A model generated the notes under the pieces. It was not told the origin of the DNA. It searched no databases and saw only the letters and a program-made list of their open reading frames with translations. Positions 10,224-19,768 of a DNA stretch of 64,000 bases are shown here, one piece after another. The position numbers were made by a program, and so were the translations under genes. How positions within the stretch are numbered: the first letter of the stretch is position 1; each line of letters starts with the position of its first letter. Source of the DNA: Paracoccaceae bacterium (GTDB taxonomy: Bacteria > Pseudomonadota > Alphaproteobacteria > Rhodobacterales > Rhodobacteraceae); contig JAKIUB010000014.1 in the NCBI GenBank assembly GCA_021647745.1, forward strand, positions 1,214 through 65,213, given 5' to 3'.

Positions 10224-11012
10224 TCACGCCTCCTCCACCGGACCAATTTCAAGGCACAGGTTCTTGACCCGCTGAAACCTGAAACCCGACCACGTGTAAA
10301 CATTCAACAGAGGCAGGCCCAGCGCCCGCTCCAATGAAATTTCAATCGTCGCAGCATCTTCGACGAGGAAGGATTCGATTTGCCTGGGTGGTGATTGCAA
10401 TACCATCTCGCACACATCCTTGAAAGGGAACCCGTCGCGATTGGCCGGACCAGCCCCCCGCCACCGAAACCCCAAGCGCAAGTTTCCGCCCCCCGAAAGC
10501 TCACTAAACTGTGCCGTAGCAATGCGCCAATCCTCCAGCGGAGGCTCTAAATACGGGGCCAGACTGCAACTGTTGCTATCATAATCCATCTGCAAATCTT
10601 CAGCATCTCTGAACCGATATAAGAACCGACCGCCCCGCACAAAGCTGACTGTAATTTCCCCAATTGGCGCGGCGCGGTTTCGATTGCCAAATACCCCTTT
10701 GGTATTTCTCGCCATGTTGCAAACGGCCAGGGCAATGCCAGCCATGGCTTCAGCGCTATCTGCTTTGGGCCAGTCAACAAAAATTCTTTTCTGGTAAGTC
10801 TCCATCTCTTCAGACCACACCAAAGCCCCCATATAAACTGGGATGCTCGCCCCATCTGGCAAGTTCGCGGCACCAATCTGCTTCAGAGGTGGGTATTTAA
10901 GGTATACCCCGAAGCCACCCACAAATACGGCCATGATGGACAAGAATATGATCTTGGCCTTCAAGCTTACCCCGCTAGGGGGGGGCGGGCGGTCTTTGAT
11001 TTGGTTCTCCAT
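10224..11012 (-). CDS. hypothetical membrane-anchored protein (262 aa)
   Basis: N-terminal TM segment (KIIFLSIMAVFVGGFGVYL) followed by a soluble domain. Starts 11 nt after the pccB stop, so it is probably co-transcribed. No family recognised. Confidence 0.55.
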   Translation of the reverse strand: MENQIKDRPPPPSGVSLKAKIIFLSIMAVFVGGFGVYLKYPPLKQIGAANLPDGASIPVYMGALVWSEEMETYQKRIFVDWPKADSAEAMAGIALAVCNMARNTKGVFGNRNRAAPIGEITVSFVRGGRFLYRFRDAEDLQMDYDSNSCSLAPYLEPPLEDWRIATAQFSELSGGGNLRLGFRWRGAGPANRDGFPFKDVCEMVLQSPPRQIESFLVEDAATIEISLERALGLPLLNVYTWSGFRFQRVKNLCLEIGPVEEA

Positions 11013-11023
11013 AATTACGGGCC

Positions 11024-12556
11024 CTATAGCGGAATGTTATCGTGTTTTTTCCACGGGTTGGTGAGTTTTTTATTGCGCAAGCTTGCAAAAGCCCGCGCCA
11101 CCCGTTTCCTCGTGTTGCGCGGCATGATCACCTCGTCAATAAAGCCGCGCTCGGCGGCCTTGAAGGGGCTGGCGAAATTGGCTTCGTAATCCTTGGTCAG
11201 GGTCGCGATCTTATCGGTGTCGCCCAGATCAGCGCGGTGGATAATCTCCACCGCCCCCGCCGCGCCCATCACGGCGATCTGGGCGCTTGGCCACGCGTAG
11301 TTAAAATCGCCCCGCAGGTGCTTGGAGGCCATCACATCATAGGCGCCGCCGTAAGCCTTGCGGGTGATCACCGTCACCTTGGGCACCGTGGCCTCGCCAT
11401 AAGCAAACAAAAGCTTGGCCCCGTGCTTGATCACCCCGCCATATTCCTGCGCGGTGCCGGGCAGAAAGCCGGGCACATCCACGAAGGTCAGGATCGGAAT
11501 TTCGAACGCATCACAAAAGCGCACAAAGCGGGCGGCCTTGCGCGAGCTGTCAATATCCAAGCACCCCGCCAGCACCATCGGCTGGTTGGCCACCACACCC
11601 ACCGTGCGCCCCTCAAGCCGGATAAACCCCGTCAGGATATTCTTGGCAAAATCTGCCTGAATCTCGAAAAAATCGCCCTCGTCGGCGGTCTTGCGGATCA
11701 GCTCATGCATATCGTAGGGGGTATTCGGGTTGTCCGGCACCAGCGTATCGAGGCTCTCTTCCACCCGATCATGAGCATCAAAAAATGGCCGTTCGGGGGG
11801 CTTTTCCCGGTTGTTAAGCGGCAAAAAGTCAACCAAGCGGCGGACCTCTATCAACGCCTCGATGTCGTTGTCAAAAGCGCCATCCGCGACCGAAGATTTA
11901 CTGGTATGGGTCTTGGCACCGCCCAGCTCTTCGGCGGTAACCACTTCATTCGTCACGGTTTTTACCACGTCAGGGCCGGTAACAAACATATAAGAGCTAT
12001 CGCGCACCATAAAAATAAAGTCGGTAATCGCAGGCGAATAAACCGCGCCACCCGCGCATGGTCCCATAATGACGCTGATCTGCGGGATCACCCCGCTGGC
12101 CTCGATATTTTTCTGAAACACATCGGCATAGCCGCCAAGCGCATCCACGCCCTCTTGAATACGTGCCCCGCCTGAGTCATTCAACCCAATCAACGGCGCG
12201 CCGTTTTTCATCGCCATATCGGCCACCTTGACGATTTTTTGCGCATGTGTGGCCGAAAGAGAACCACCCAGCACGGTGAAATCCTGCGAAAAAACATAAA
12301 CCATGCGGCCATTGATCGTGCCCCAGCCCGTCACCACGCCATCACCGGGGTATTTTTGTTTTTCCATGCCAAAATCGGTGCAGCGATGAGCAACAAACAT
12401 GTCAAACTCCTCAAAGCTGCCAGAATCAAGCAATACCTCAAGCCGTTCGCGCGCGGTCAGTTTGCCTTTGGAGTGCTGCACATCGATGCGGCGCTGTCCC
12501 CCGCCCAGCCTGGCTTCGGCACGGCGGGTTTCAAGCTGTTCGAGTATGGTTTGCAT
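11024..12556 (-). CDS. pccB: propionyl-CoA carboxylase beta subunit (carboxyltransferase)
   Basis: 510 aa. [44 protein letters not shown]...GWGTINGR...SGGARIQEG... is the classical PccB sequence. Confidence 0.97.
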   Translation of the reverse strand: MQTILEQLETRRAEARLGGGQRRIDVQHSKGKLTARERLEVLLDSGSFEEFDMFVAHRCTDFGMEKQKYPGDGVVTGWGTINGRMVYVFSQDFTVLGGSLSATHAQKIVKVADMAMKNGAPLIGLNDSGGARIQEGVDALGGYADVFQKNIEASGVIPQISVIMGPCAGGAVYSPAITDFIFMVRDSSYMFVTGPDVVKTVTNEVVTAEELGGAKTHTSKSSVADGAFDNDIEALIEVRRLVDFLPLNNREKPPERPFFDAHDRVEESLDTLVPDNPNTPYDMHELIRKTADEGDFFEIQADFAKNILTGFIRLEGRTVGVVANQPMVLAGCLDIDSSRKAARFVRFCDAFEIPILTFVDVPGFLPGTAQEYGGVIKHGAKLLFAYGEATVPKVTVITRKAYGGAYDVMASKHLRGDFNYAWPSAQIAVMGAAGAVEIIHRADLGDTDKIATLTKDYEANFASPFKAAERGFIDEVIMPRNTRKRVARAFASLRNKKLTNPWKKHDNIPL

Positions 12557-12618
12557 GGGGCCTCCCTGAGGGTTTTCATAGCAGCTTAGGCCAATAAAAG
12601 CTTATGTGAAAGCGAGGA

Positions 12619-12674
12619 TTGGCAAATTTGCAAATTTATGTATAGTCAGATCAGTATTTTTGCGAATTTGCGAA
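12619..12674. promoter_or_regulatory. candidate PccR operator: two pairs of adjacent palindromic TTTGCRAA octamers in the pccB/pccR divergent intergenic region
   Basis: TTGGCAAA-TTTGCAAA at 12619-12634 and TTTGCGAA-TTTGCGAA at 12659-12674, with pair starts 40 bp apart. TTTGCAAA is its own reverse complement. Located between the pccB start (12556) and the pccR start (12684). Confidence 0.5.
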
Positions 12675-12683
12675 AGGCACGTC

Positions 12684-14078
12684 ATGGCAACCCAAAAACT
12701 ATACGCCGGTGTAAAGCTGCGCGAAGTGCGCCAAAAGCGAGGATTGACCCAAAAGACCTTTGCCGAAAAACTGGGCATTTCACTTTCATACCTTAACCAG
12801 ATGGAAAACAACCACCGCCCGATTTCAGCCACCGTGGTGCTGGCCATGGCGCAGGAATTCGGCTTTGATGTCACCGAGCTTTCCGTGGCCGAGGCCGATC
12901 GCATGGTGGTGGACATGCGCGAAGCCCTCGCCGATCCGCTATTTGGCGACCCTCCGCCGCTGGAAGACCTGCAACTCACCGCCTCCAACGCACCAGCGCT
13001 GGCCCGCGCCTTTCTCAACCTGCACCGCGCTCACCGCCACGCCCAGGACCGCCTTGCTTCGTTAAACGAAGCCTTGGGCCATGAAAGCACCACCCTTGAC
13101 CCCCAACCATGGGAAGAGGTGCGCGATTTCTTCCATTATTGCGACAATTATATCGACGCCGTTGATCGCGCTGCCGAAAGTTTTGCCAGCCGCACGGGCC
13201 TTGGCAATGGCACCCATATAGCCCTGCTTGAGCGCCACCTTTCACGCCAACACGGGATAGAGCTGCGTTTTCAAAAAACCACCCTGCGCCAGTTTGAAAA
13301 CAATATCCTTGGCATAAGAGCAGATGCCCCCAAATCAACCCAAGCCTTTCAGATCGCCCATCAAATTGCGCTGATAGAGCATGAGGTCCTGCTGGAATCC
13401 ACGCTGGATTTTGCCAAATTCGTCACACCACAAGCCCGTGCGATTTGCAAAATCGGCCTCGCGAATTACTTTGCAGGTGCCGCCCTGCTGCCCTACGGCC
13501 TGTTTTTGGCCGCCGCGCAATCCCTGCGCCATGATCTCGACCTGCTGGCCGAACGATTCGGTGCCAGTATCGAGCAGGTGGCGCACAGGCTTTCAACCCT
13601 ACAACGGGCGGGGGCAAAAGGTGTGCCGTTTTTCTTTGTCCGTGTTGATCAGGCGGGCACCATTACCAAGCGCCATTCGGCCACGCGGCTGCAATTCGCC
13701 CGTTTTGGCGGAGCCTGCCCGCTGTGGAATGTGCATCGTGCCTTCGAAACCCCGACGCGATATCTGCGCCAACTGGCCGAAACGCCGGACGGACGGCAGT
13801 ATTTTTGCCTCGCCAAGGATATCACCAAGCCCGGCGGTGCTTATGGCGCGCCCAAGCCGCGCTTTGCCATTGGCCTTGGCTGCGAGGTGAGCCACGCCAA
13901 ATCCCTTGTCTATGCGGATGATTTTGATCTCGAAAATAGCGCTGCCTTTGAGCCAATCGGCATTTCCTGCCGAATTTGCGAGCGCAAAACCTGCCACCAG
14001 CGCGCGGTGCCGCCACTGGCCAAACCGCTGCATATCAACCCGATGCAGCGCGGCACCCTCCCCTATGAAATTGGTTGA
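12684..14078 (+). CDS. pccR: short-chain fatty acyl-CoA regulator family transcription factor (XRE HTH + ImmA/IrrE-like domain + Cys-rich C-terminal domain)
   Basis: MATQKLYAGVKLREVRQKRGLTQKTFAEKLGISLSYLNQMENNHRPIS is an XRE-type HTH. Long C-terminal extension. Divergent from pccB, as for R. sphaeroides PccR. Start set to the ATG at 12684 (M27 of the track ORF). Confidence 0.85.
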   Translation: MATQKLYAGVKLREVRQKRGLTQKTFAEKLGISLSYLNQMENNHRPISATVVLAMAQEFGFDVTELSVAEADRMVVDMREALADPLFGDPPPLEDLQLTASNAPALARAFLNLHRAHRHAQDRLASLNEALGHESTTLDPQPWEEVRDFFHYCDNYIDAVDRAAESFASRTGLGNGTHIALLERHLSRQHGIELRFQKTTLRQFENNILGIRADAPKSTQAFQIAHQIALIEHEVLLESTLDFAKFVTPQARAICKIGLANYFAGAALLPYGLFLAAAQSLRHDLDLLAERFGASIEQVAHRLSTLQRAGAKGVPFFFVRVDQAGTITKRHSATRLQFARFGGACPLWNVHRAFETPTRYLRQLAETPDGRQYFCLAKDITKPGGAYGAPKPRFAIGLGCEVSHAKSLVYADDFDLENSAAFEPIGISCRICERKTCHQRAVPPLAKPLHINPMQRGTLPYEIG

Positions 14079-14122
14079 TTGCCGCCGCAGGGCCACGCTA
14101 AGGTAACGAAAAAGGGAATACC

Positions 14123-14635
14123 ATGGAACTGACCGGAAGCCGCATCATAAAGGCCAGCCGCGCGGAGGTTTGGCAGGCGCTAAATGACCCAGAGGTGCTC
14201 AAAGCCGCCATCCCCGGCTGCACGGAGCTGACCCGCGATGCGGATGGCGGCTTTAGCGCCGTTGTCACCCAAAAGGTTGGCCCGGTGAAGGCGACCTTCA
14301 AAGGCGCTGTGACCCTAAGCGATATTGTGGAGCTGGAAAGCTATACGATTAGCGGTGAAGGCAAAGGCGGCGCAGCAGGCTTTGCCAAGGGCGGGGCCAA
14401 GGTGCGGCTGGTGGATGTGGAAGGTGGCACCGAGCTTTTTTATGAGGTCGAGGCGCGCGTGGGCGGCAAGCTCGCGCAGCTCGGCTCGCGGCTGGTGGAT
14501 GGCTTTGCCAAAAAGATGGCCGACAAGTTTTTCGCCAATTTTCAGGCCGCTCTGGAGGGGTCGGAGGCCGAAGCACCAGCAGTGGCCCAGAAAAAAGGTT
14601 TCTGGCAATGGCTGCTGGCATTGTTCAAAAAGTAG
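14123..14635 (+). CDS. CoxG-like SRPBCC family protein (no cox structural genes nearby)
   Basis: MELTGSRIIKASRAEVWQALNDPEVLKAAIPGC...VGPVKATFKG... matches the carbon monoxide dehydrogenase subunit G fold family. Has an amphipathic C-terminal tail, KKGFWQWLLALFKK. Confidence 0.8.
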   Translation: MELTGSRIIKASRAEVWQALNDPEVLKAAIPGCTELTRDADGGFSAVVTQKVGPVKATFKGAVTLSDIVELESYTISGEGKGGAAGFAKGGAKVRLVDVEGGTELFYEVEARVGGKLAQLGSRLVDGFAKKMADKFFANFQAALEGSEAEAPAVAQKKGFWQWLLALFKK

Positions 14636-14644
14636 GAGCCCCTC

Positions 14645-15994
14645 TCACTCGGGCTTGATAAGCCCCGAAAACCCGGCCACCGCCACTAGGCTGAAAAACC
14701 AGCCAAGCGCAATGTGCGCCCACAGATAGGTGCGGGCGGCAATGCCGCTAATGCCGTGGCGGGCATCGGGAATCCACGCATCCTGCATTTCAAGGTCAAC
14801 AATCGGCAGCAGGGTATCGGCTGAATAGATAAACGGGTTAAAAATAGGATAGCTTTGCCCCGGCTCGCTGAGCAGATAGCACCATTTTTGCGAAGCCGCA
14901 TCCGCGCAGCCCATCCATGCTTGTGATTGCCACACCAGCAAAGAGCCGGGTTTTACCGCGCCGGCAAGATCAGCCAGTATAAAAACCAGCATCCCGAAAA
15001 GCATCAGCCCGGCCAGCCAGATGATAGAAAGCGAAGGCCGGTGGCCGTATCCGGCGCTGACCTTTAGCAGCCAGTTCCAGCCCTTGCGCCACCAAGGCGG
15101 GTTTTGCGCGGCGCGTTGCAGGCGTTCTTTTTCGATCATCACCTCGCGCGCATCTTCGCGGTGCCCCGTTTCACGCAGCACCTTGGCCAGTTGCTCATAA
15201 GGCTGCGGGCTAAAACCACGGGCGTGTTTGATCTTGGCCAGCCATTCAAGGCGGGTCTTGGCATCCAGCGGAACGCCCTCACCAAGAATGGACCCATAGC
15301 GAAACCGATCAATATAAATGCTTTCCGCCGCGCTTGGCCAACATTCCGCTGCATCACACAGCGCCGCAACCGACGCCCCGGCAAGGCTGATATCCCCGTT
15401 TATTTCAACGCCCTTCCGCAGAAAAAACCCGCCCTTGACCACCAGCCCATCAGCAATAAAAGCATATCCATGCGGCTGGCCATCCGCGCCCGATGAGGCG
15501 TTGAACTTTGCACCATCGCATTCAAGCCCCCCACCCAGCTTTGCCCCAACCAGCCGCACCACGCCTTTGACCTCAACCTCGCGCAGGGAAACACTACCCT
15601 TGGTCTCCAGCTGGTCAGCCTTCAGCCCCTGTGGCAGGTATGACCCATTCAAAAGCAGGTTTTGCATTTTGGCGCTTCGAAAAACCGGCGCGCTGTCAAA
15701 CCGGCAGTCAAACAGCGCCAAATCACCGGGCAAGGTGCAGCCATTCAGATCAAGCACATCTTTGATATGCGCACCTTTAATCCGCAAACCCTTTTCATGC
15801 AGGCGGCAGCTATCGCAACCGCCCAGCGCCAGATAGCGGATGAATGCTGCGCGCACCGTATAATCATCATCCCGCTCAGGGGACAGCAGGTCGTGGTGAA
15901 TAGTGATATCTTCACCGCTATCCAGCTCAGCAACAATTTGCTGCTCCGCTTTGAACAGCTCTCCAAAATCTTCAAGCTTGCGCAGTGCTTTCAT
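14645..15994 (-). CDS. membrane protein with an N-terminal pentapeptide-like beta-helix repeat region and a C-terminal multi-pass membrane domain
   Basis: Start set to the ATG at 15992-15994 (MKALRKL), preceded by GGAGGCAAG. Repeat-like segments include LDLNGCTLPGDLALFDCRF, LLLNGSYLPQGLKADQLETKGSVSLREVEVKGVVRLVGAKLGGGLECDGAKF and ADGLVVKGGFFLRKGVEINGDISLAGASV. Hydrophobic helices lie near the C-terminus (SIIWLAGLMLFGMLVFILADL; WAHIALGWFFSLVAVAGFSGL). Confidence 0.7.
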   Translation of the reverse strand: MKALRKLEDFGELFKAEQQIVAELDSGEDITIHHDLLSPERDDDYTVRAAFIRYLALGGCDSCRLHEKGLRIKGAHIKDVLDLNGCTLPGDLALFDCRFDSAPVFRSAKMQNLLLNGSYLPQGLKADQLETKGSVSLREVEVKGVVRLVGAKLGGGLECDGAKFNASSGADGQPHGYAFIADGLVVKGGFFLRKGVEINGDISLAGASVAALCDAAECWPSAAESIYIDRFRYGSILGEGVPLDAKTRLEWLAKIKHARGFSPQPYEQLAKVLRETGHREDAREVMIEKERLQRAAQNPPWWRKGWNWLLKVSAGYGHRPSLSIIWLAGLMLFGMLVFILADLAGAVKPGSLLVWQSQAWMGCADAASQKWCYLLSEPGQSYPIFNPFIYSADTLLPIVDLEMQDAWIPDARHGISGIAARTYLWAHIALGWFFSLVAVAGFSGLIKPE

Positions 15995-16027
15995 CTTGCC
16001 TCCTGTAGGGTCGGGCCTCACCTCACC

Positions 16028-16684
16028 TTAATCATCTCCATCAATCAACAGTTGCATCACCCGTGAGGCCAGCCGCAAGCTGTGGGTCGGGTCATCCGCT
16101 GCCACCGGCATGCTGGCGTCATAGGCACAGCGAATCACAGCGGCAATTGGCGGGCGCACGATGGCCATGTTGTTAGCTTCAATAATCCCTATGGGTGATT
16201 TCAGCAAAAACGCGCTCTCCGACCACAGCAAAATCGAGCGCGCCATCTGGTCGGTGGCCAGCGCCTGCACCGAAAGCTTGGCCATTTCAGCATCCACCTT
16301 GATCAGCAGGATGCACATTTTAATGCCACCTTGCTCGTCAAAGGCAAAGTGGCGATACTGGTTTGCCCCCGCGCGGTTAAGCTGGCCAACCAGCCCCTCC
16401 AGCCCCGGCATCATTTTATCGAGGTCCGGCACCTCGGCTATTTCCTCCCATTTCGAGCAGAAAAACACCAGAAAATTCGCGCCCAGCTCGGGGTCCATTT
16501 CGACCAGTTTCATATTGGCAATACCCGCCACGGCGGCAAAAGCCTCCTTGATGGCATCTAGCGATTTATCGTCAGTGCCAAAAACCACCGGCGCAATCGG
16601 GCGGCCCCAGCGGGCAAAGCGGTATTGGTTATCATGGCTGAAAAGCGCCTCGATCTGGCGCGCGTCAAAACCGTCATTAATCAT
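16028..16684 (-). CDS. hypothetical protein (218 aa) immediately downstream of ruvB
   Basis: Track ORF 16028-16942 trimmed to the ATG at 16682-16684 (MINDGFDARQIEALF...), one nt after the ruvB stop (16686-16688). The N-terminal extension overlaps ruvB and is Arg/Trp/Cys-rich. No family recognised with confidence. Confidence 0.6.
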   Translation of the reverse strand: MINDGFDARQIEALFSHDNQYRFARWGRPIAPVVFGTDDKSLDAIKEAFAAVAGIANMKLVEMDPELGANFLVFFCSKWEEIAEVPDLDKMMPGLEGLVGQLNRAGANQYRHFAFDEQGGIKMCILLIKVDAEMAKLSVQALATDQMARSILLWSESAFLLKSPIGIIEANNMAIVRPPIAAVIRCAYDASMPVAADDPTHSLRLASRVMQLLIDGDD

Positions 16685-16685
16685 A

Positions 16686-17702
16686 TTAGTCTCCAAAAAG
16701 ATCATCCGCGCGCGGGGCCGCCAGCCCGAGGTGTTTCCACGCTTTGGCCGCCAGCATCCGCCCGCGCGGGGTGCGTTGTATAAGGCCTTGCTGCAACAGA
16801 AAAGGCTCGATGACCTCCTCAATAGCATCCCTTGCCTCCGATAGCGCTGCGGCAATTGTTTCCACCCCCACGGGGCCGCCGCCGTAGTTTTCGGCCAGCA
16901 GTTTAAGGTAGCGGCGGTCCGCACTGTCCAGCCCCAGATCATCGACCCCGAGGCGCGTCAGCGCGATATTGGCGATCTCTTCGGTGACCTTGCCATTGCC
17001 CTGCACGATGGCAAAATCAACCACCCGGCGCAAAAGCCGCCCCGCCACACGGGGGGTGCCACGGGCGCGGCGCGCAATTTCCATCGCGCCGTTGGGGGTG
17101 GCGTCAGCCTTCATCAGGCGGGCAGCACGGGTGACGATCTGGATAAGTTCTTCGGTGTTATAAAACTCAAGGCGGGTCGGGATGCCAAAACGGTCCCGCA
17201 AGGGCGTGGTCAGCAGGCCAAGGCGGGTGGTGGCCCCGACCAAGGTAAACGGCTGCAAATCAATCCGCACCGTGCGCGCAGCCGGGCCTTCGCCGATCAC
17301 CAGATCCAGCTCGAAATCCTCCAGCGCAGGATAAAGGATTTCCTCCACCGCCGGATTCATACGGTGGATTTCGTCAATGAACAGCACATCGCGCTCATCC
17401 AGATTGGTCAGAATAGCGGCAAGATCCCCGGCCTTGGCCAGCACCGGCCCGCTGGTCATACGAAAGTTCACCCCAAGCTCGCGGCTGATAATCTGCGCGA
17501 GGGTGGTTTTGCCCAGCCCCGGCGGGCCGTAAAACAGCGTGTGGTCCATCGCCTGCCCGCGCCGCTTGGCGCTCTCGATAAACACGGCCAAATTTGCCCG
17601 CGCCTCGGCCTGCCCGATGAATTCATCCAGCACTTGCGGGCGCAGGGCGCGGTCGGCGTCTTGGGGCTGCTCTTCGGGGCGCAGGGTTTGGTCAGGTTCC
17701 AT
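16686..17702 (-). CDS. ruvB: Holliday junction branch migration DNA helicase RuvB
   Basis: [59 protein letters not shown]..., with the Walker A motif. Confidence 0.98.
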   Translation of the reverse strand: MEPDQTLRPEEQPQDADRALRPQVLDEFIGQAEARANLAVFIESAKRRGQAMDHTLFYGPPGLGKTTLAQIISRELGVNFRMTSGPVLAKAGDLAAILTNLDERDVLFIDEIHRMNPAVEEILYPALEDFELDLVIGEGPAARTVRIDLQPFTLVGATTRLGLLTTPLRDRFGIPTRLEFYNTEELIQIVTRAARLMKADATPNGAMEIARRARGTPRVAGRLLRRVVDFAIVQGNGKVTEEIANIALTRLGVDDLGLDSADRRYLKLLAENYGGGPVGVETIAAALSEARDAIEEVIEPFLLQQGLIQRTPRGRMLAAKAWKHLGLAAPRADDLFGD

Positions 17703-17707
17703 ATCAT

Positions 17708-18364
17708 CTACCCTTTCGGTGCCAGCAGCCGCAGCGCATTACGAATAAGATCAGACGCCCCGCCCTCCCCCGCCTGCGAAATCGCGGCGGCAGCATCGCC
17801 ATGGCCATAGCCGAGATTGACCAGCGCCGAAAGCGCATCAGCTTGAGCGTTGCCAACCATATCCGGCGTGGTATCAACCACCTCGTATTCCTCGGGCTTG
17901 GCAAGACTTTCGGCCTTGGGCGCATCCACCACTTTGGTCGCCGCCCCGCCCATCGCCATTACCTTATGGGCTTTGTCTTTCAGCTCCAGCACCACGCGCT
18001 GCGCCAGCTTTGGCCCCACGCCCGGTGCGGCTTTTATCGCGGCCTGATCGCCAAGGGTAATGGCGCGGCTCACACCATCCGCCCCGAGCGTGCCCATGAT
18101 CGCCAGTGCCGCCTTGGCCCCCACGCCCTGCACACTCACCAAAAGCCGGTGCCATTCGCGCTCGCCCATGCTGGGAAAGCCGAAAAGCTGGAGCAGGTCT
18201 TCGCGCACCAGAAGCTCGGTAAACAGCGCTGCCGGGGCACCCAAGGGGGGCATGGCGGCAAGGGTGCGCGAGGATACATAAACCACATAGCCCACCCCGC
18301 CGGTGTCGATCATCACATGATCCGCGCCGATATAATCAAGCCTGCCAGATATTTTGCCGATCAT
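17708..18364 (-). CDS. ruvA: Holliday junction branch migration complex subunit RuvA
   Basis: [31 protein letters not shown]...[15 protein letters not shown]. The ATG overlaps the ruvC stop (ATGA at 18361-18364). Confidence 0.97.
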   Translation of the reverse strand: MIGKISGRLDYIGADHVMIDTGGVGYVVYVSSRTLAAMPPLGAPAALFTELLVREDLLQLFGFPSMGEREWHRLLVSVQGVGAKAALAIMGTLGADGVSRAITLGDQAAIKAAPGVGPKLAQRVVLELKDKAHKVMAMGGAATKVVDAPKAESLAKPEEYEVVDTTPDMVGNAQADALSALVNLGYGHGDAAAAISQAGEGGASDLIRNALRLLAPKG

Positions 18365-18867
18365 GCGCTTGCCCTTTCAATGGCGGATTGCAGGCGGCCT
18401 GCGAACCGCGCGTGGTGCGTATGGCAAAGTGCAATCGCCAGCGCATCAGAGGCATCCGCATTGGCAATATGAATGCCCGGAAGCTGGAGCCGCACCATAT
18501 GCTCCACCTGTTTTTTATCGGCGTGCCCCACCCCCACCACCACCTTTTTCACCGCATTGGGCGCATATTCCGCCACCTCAAGACCTGCCTTGGCGGGCAC
18601 CAGCAGGCAGATACCACGGGCTTGCCCGAGCTTCAGTGTGCCCGCCGCGTCTTTGTTCACGAACGTATGCTCCACCGCTGCGGTTTCTGGTTGATAACAC
18701 ACCATTACCTCACTCAACTGCATGTAAAGGCTTAGTAAACGCTCAGAAAGGTCATCGCCCTCCGAGGCACAGACACCATTGGCAACATGGGTGATTTTGC
18801 TACCCACAGCATCCACCACCCCCCATCCGGTGCGCCTTAAGCCCGGATCAATCCCTATCACCCGCAT
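18361..18867 (-). CDS. ruvC: crossover junction endodeoxyribonuclease RuvC
   Basis: [19 protein letters not shown]...[12 protein letters not shown]...DALAIALCH. Confidence 0.97.
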   Translation of the reverse strand: MRVIGIDPGLRRTGWGVVDAVGSKITHVANGVCASEGDDLSERLLSLYMQLSEVMVCYQPETAAVEHTFVNKDAAGTLKLGQARGICLLVPAKAGLEVAEYAPNAVKKVVVGVGHADKKQVEHMVRLQLPGIHIANADASDALAIALCHTHHARFAGRLQSAIERASA

Positions 18868-19077
18868 GTGCCTGCTCCTTTATGTTTTTCAACACCTAGC
18901 ACGAAACAGGAACAAACACCAAGCCAAAACCCATATGATTTGCGCCGTGTGCGGTTTGGATGTTTTAACGGTGTAGCGAGGCCTACATGCCTTATACCCG
19001 CCGGGCCTTTTCCCGGCAATGGGGGCGCCAGCCTGCACCGGCCTCCATGCTCGGGCCGCGATTATGGCCGATCAGGC

Positions 19078-19680
19078 TCATGCGTCAAAGTCCTTCAGCC
19101 GTGCGACATAGCGCGCCAATGTGTCGATCTCGAGGTTGACAGCATCTCCCGCCTTGACGCTGTGCCATGTTGTGTGCGCTTTGGTGTGGGGGATGATATT
19201 CACCCCGAAGCGGCAGCCCTCTACATCATTAACCGTCAGCGATGTGCCATTGAGCGCCACCGACCCTTTGGGCGCAATAAACCGCGCCAGCGCAGCCGGT
19301 GCCTCGAATTCAAAGCGCGTGCTTTCACCTTCATCCCGGGTGGAGAGCACCTGCGCCACCCCGTCCACATGCCCCGATACGATATGCCCGCCCAGCTCGT
19401 CCCCCAGCTTCAGCGCCCGTTCGAGGTTGAGCTTTGTGCCCACAGGCCAGGCGGTATTTGCAGTAAGGATATTGGTTTTCCCCAGGCTTTCCGCAGAAAT
19501 ATCCACATCAAACCAGCTTTCACCCTTATCGACTACAGTAAGGCAAATGCCGTCACAGGCGATCGAAGCGCCGATATCCACCCCGCCCGTTTCATAGCGC
19601 GTGCCGATCCGCACATGCAGGTCTCCGCGCATTTCAACCTGCAAAACCTCGCCAATATCGGTAATAATTCCGGTAAACAT
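19078..19680 (-). CDS. ribE: riboflavin synthase
   Basis: MFTGIITDIGEV...SIACDGICLTVV...GGHIVSGHVDG...SVALNGTSLTVN shows the internal two-barrel duplication typical of riboflavin synthase. Confidence 0.95.
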   Translation of the reverse strand: MFTGIITDIGEVLQVEMRGDLHVRIGTRYETGGVDIGASIACDGICLTVVDKGESWFDVDISAESLGKTNILTANTAWPVGTKLNLERALKLGDELGGHIVSGHVDGVAQVLSTRDEGESTRFEFEAPAALARFIAPKGSVALNGTSLTVNDVEGCRFGVNIIPHTKAHTTWHSVKAGDAVNLEIDTLARYVARLKDFDA

Positions 19681-19768
19681 TTTTTGCCCTCACAGCCTTT
19701 TTCTGCCCCTTGGTAGCAAGCGATCTGCGCCGCGGCAAGGCATGGGCGTATATTGGTTGTGAGACTCG

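Noticed and set aside
9868-10227. 119-aa minus-strand ORF overlapping the 95-aa TM protein in another frame
   Set aside because: Its Arg/Cys/His/Trp-rich composition is not protein-like. The 9903-10190 frame gives clean TM helices.
11042-12175. 377-aa plus-strand ORF
   Set aside because: It is entirely antisense to the strongly conserved pccB. Its composition is Arg/His/Gly-rich, typical of a GC-rich shadow frame.
16685-16942. N-terminal 86-aa extension of ORF 16028-16942
   Set aside because: It overlaps the 3' end of ruvB in another frame and is Arg/Trp/Cys-rich. The internal ATG at 16684 sits one nt after the ruvB stop.
18868-19768. FMN riboswitch associated with ribE
   Set aside because: The region upstream of ribE (19681-19768) is only ~90 bp, too short for an FMN element, and I see none of its conserved stems. 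The 210-bp gap at 18868-19077 is downstream of ribE, not in its leader.
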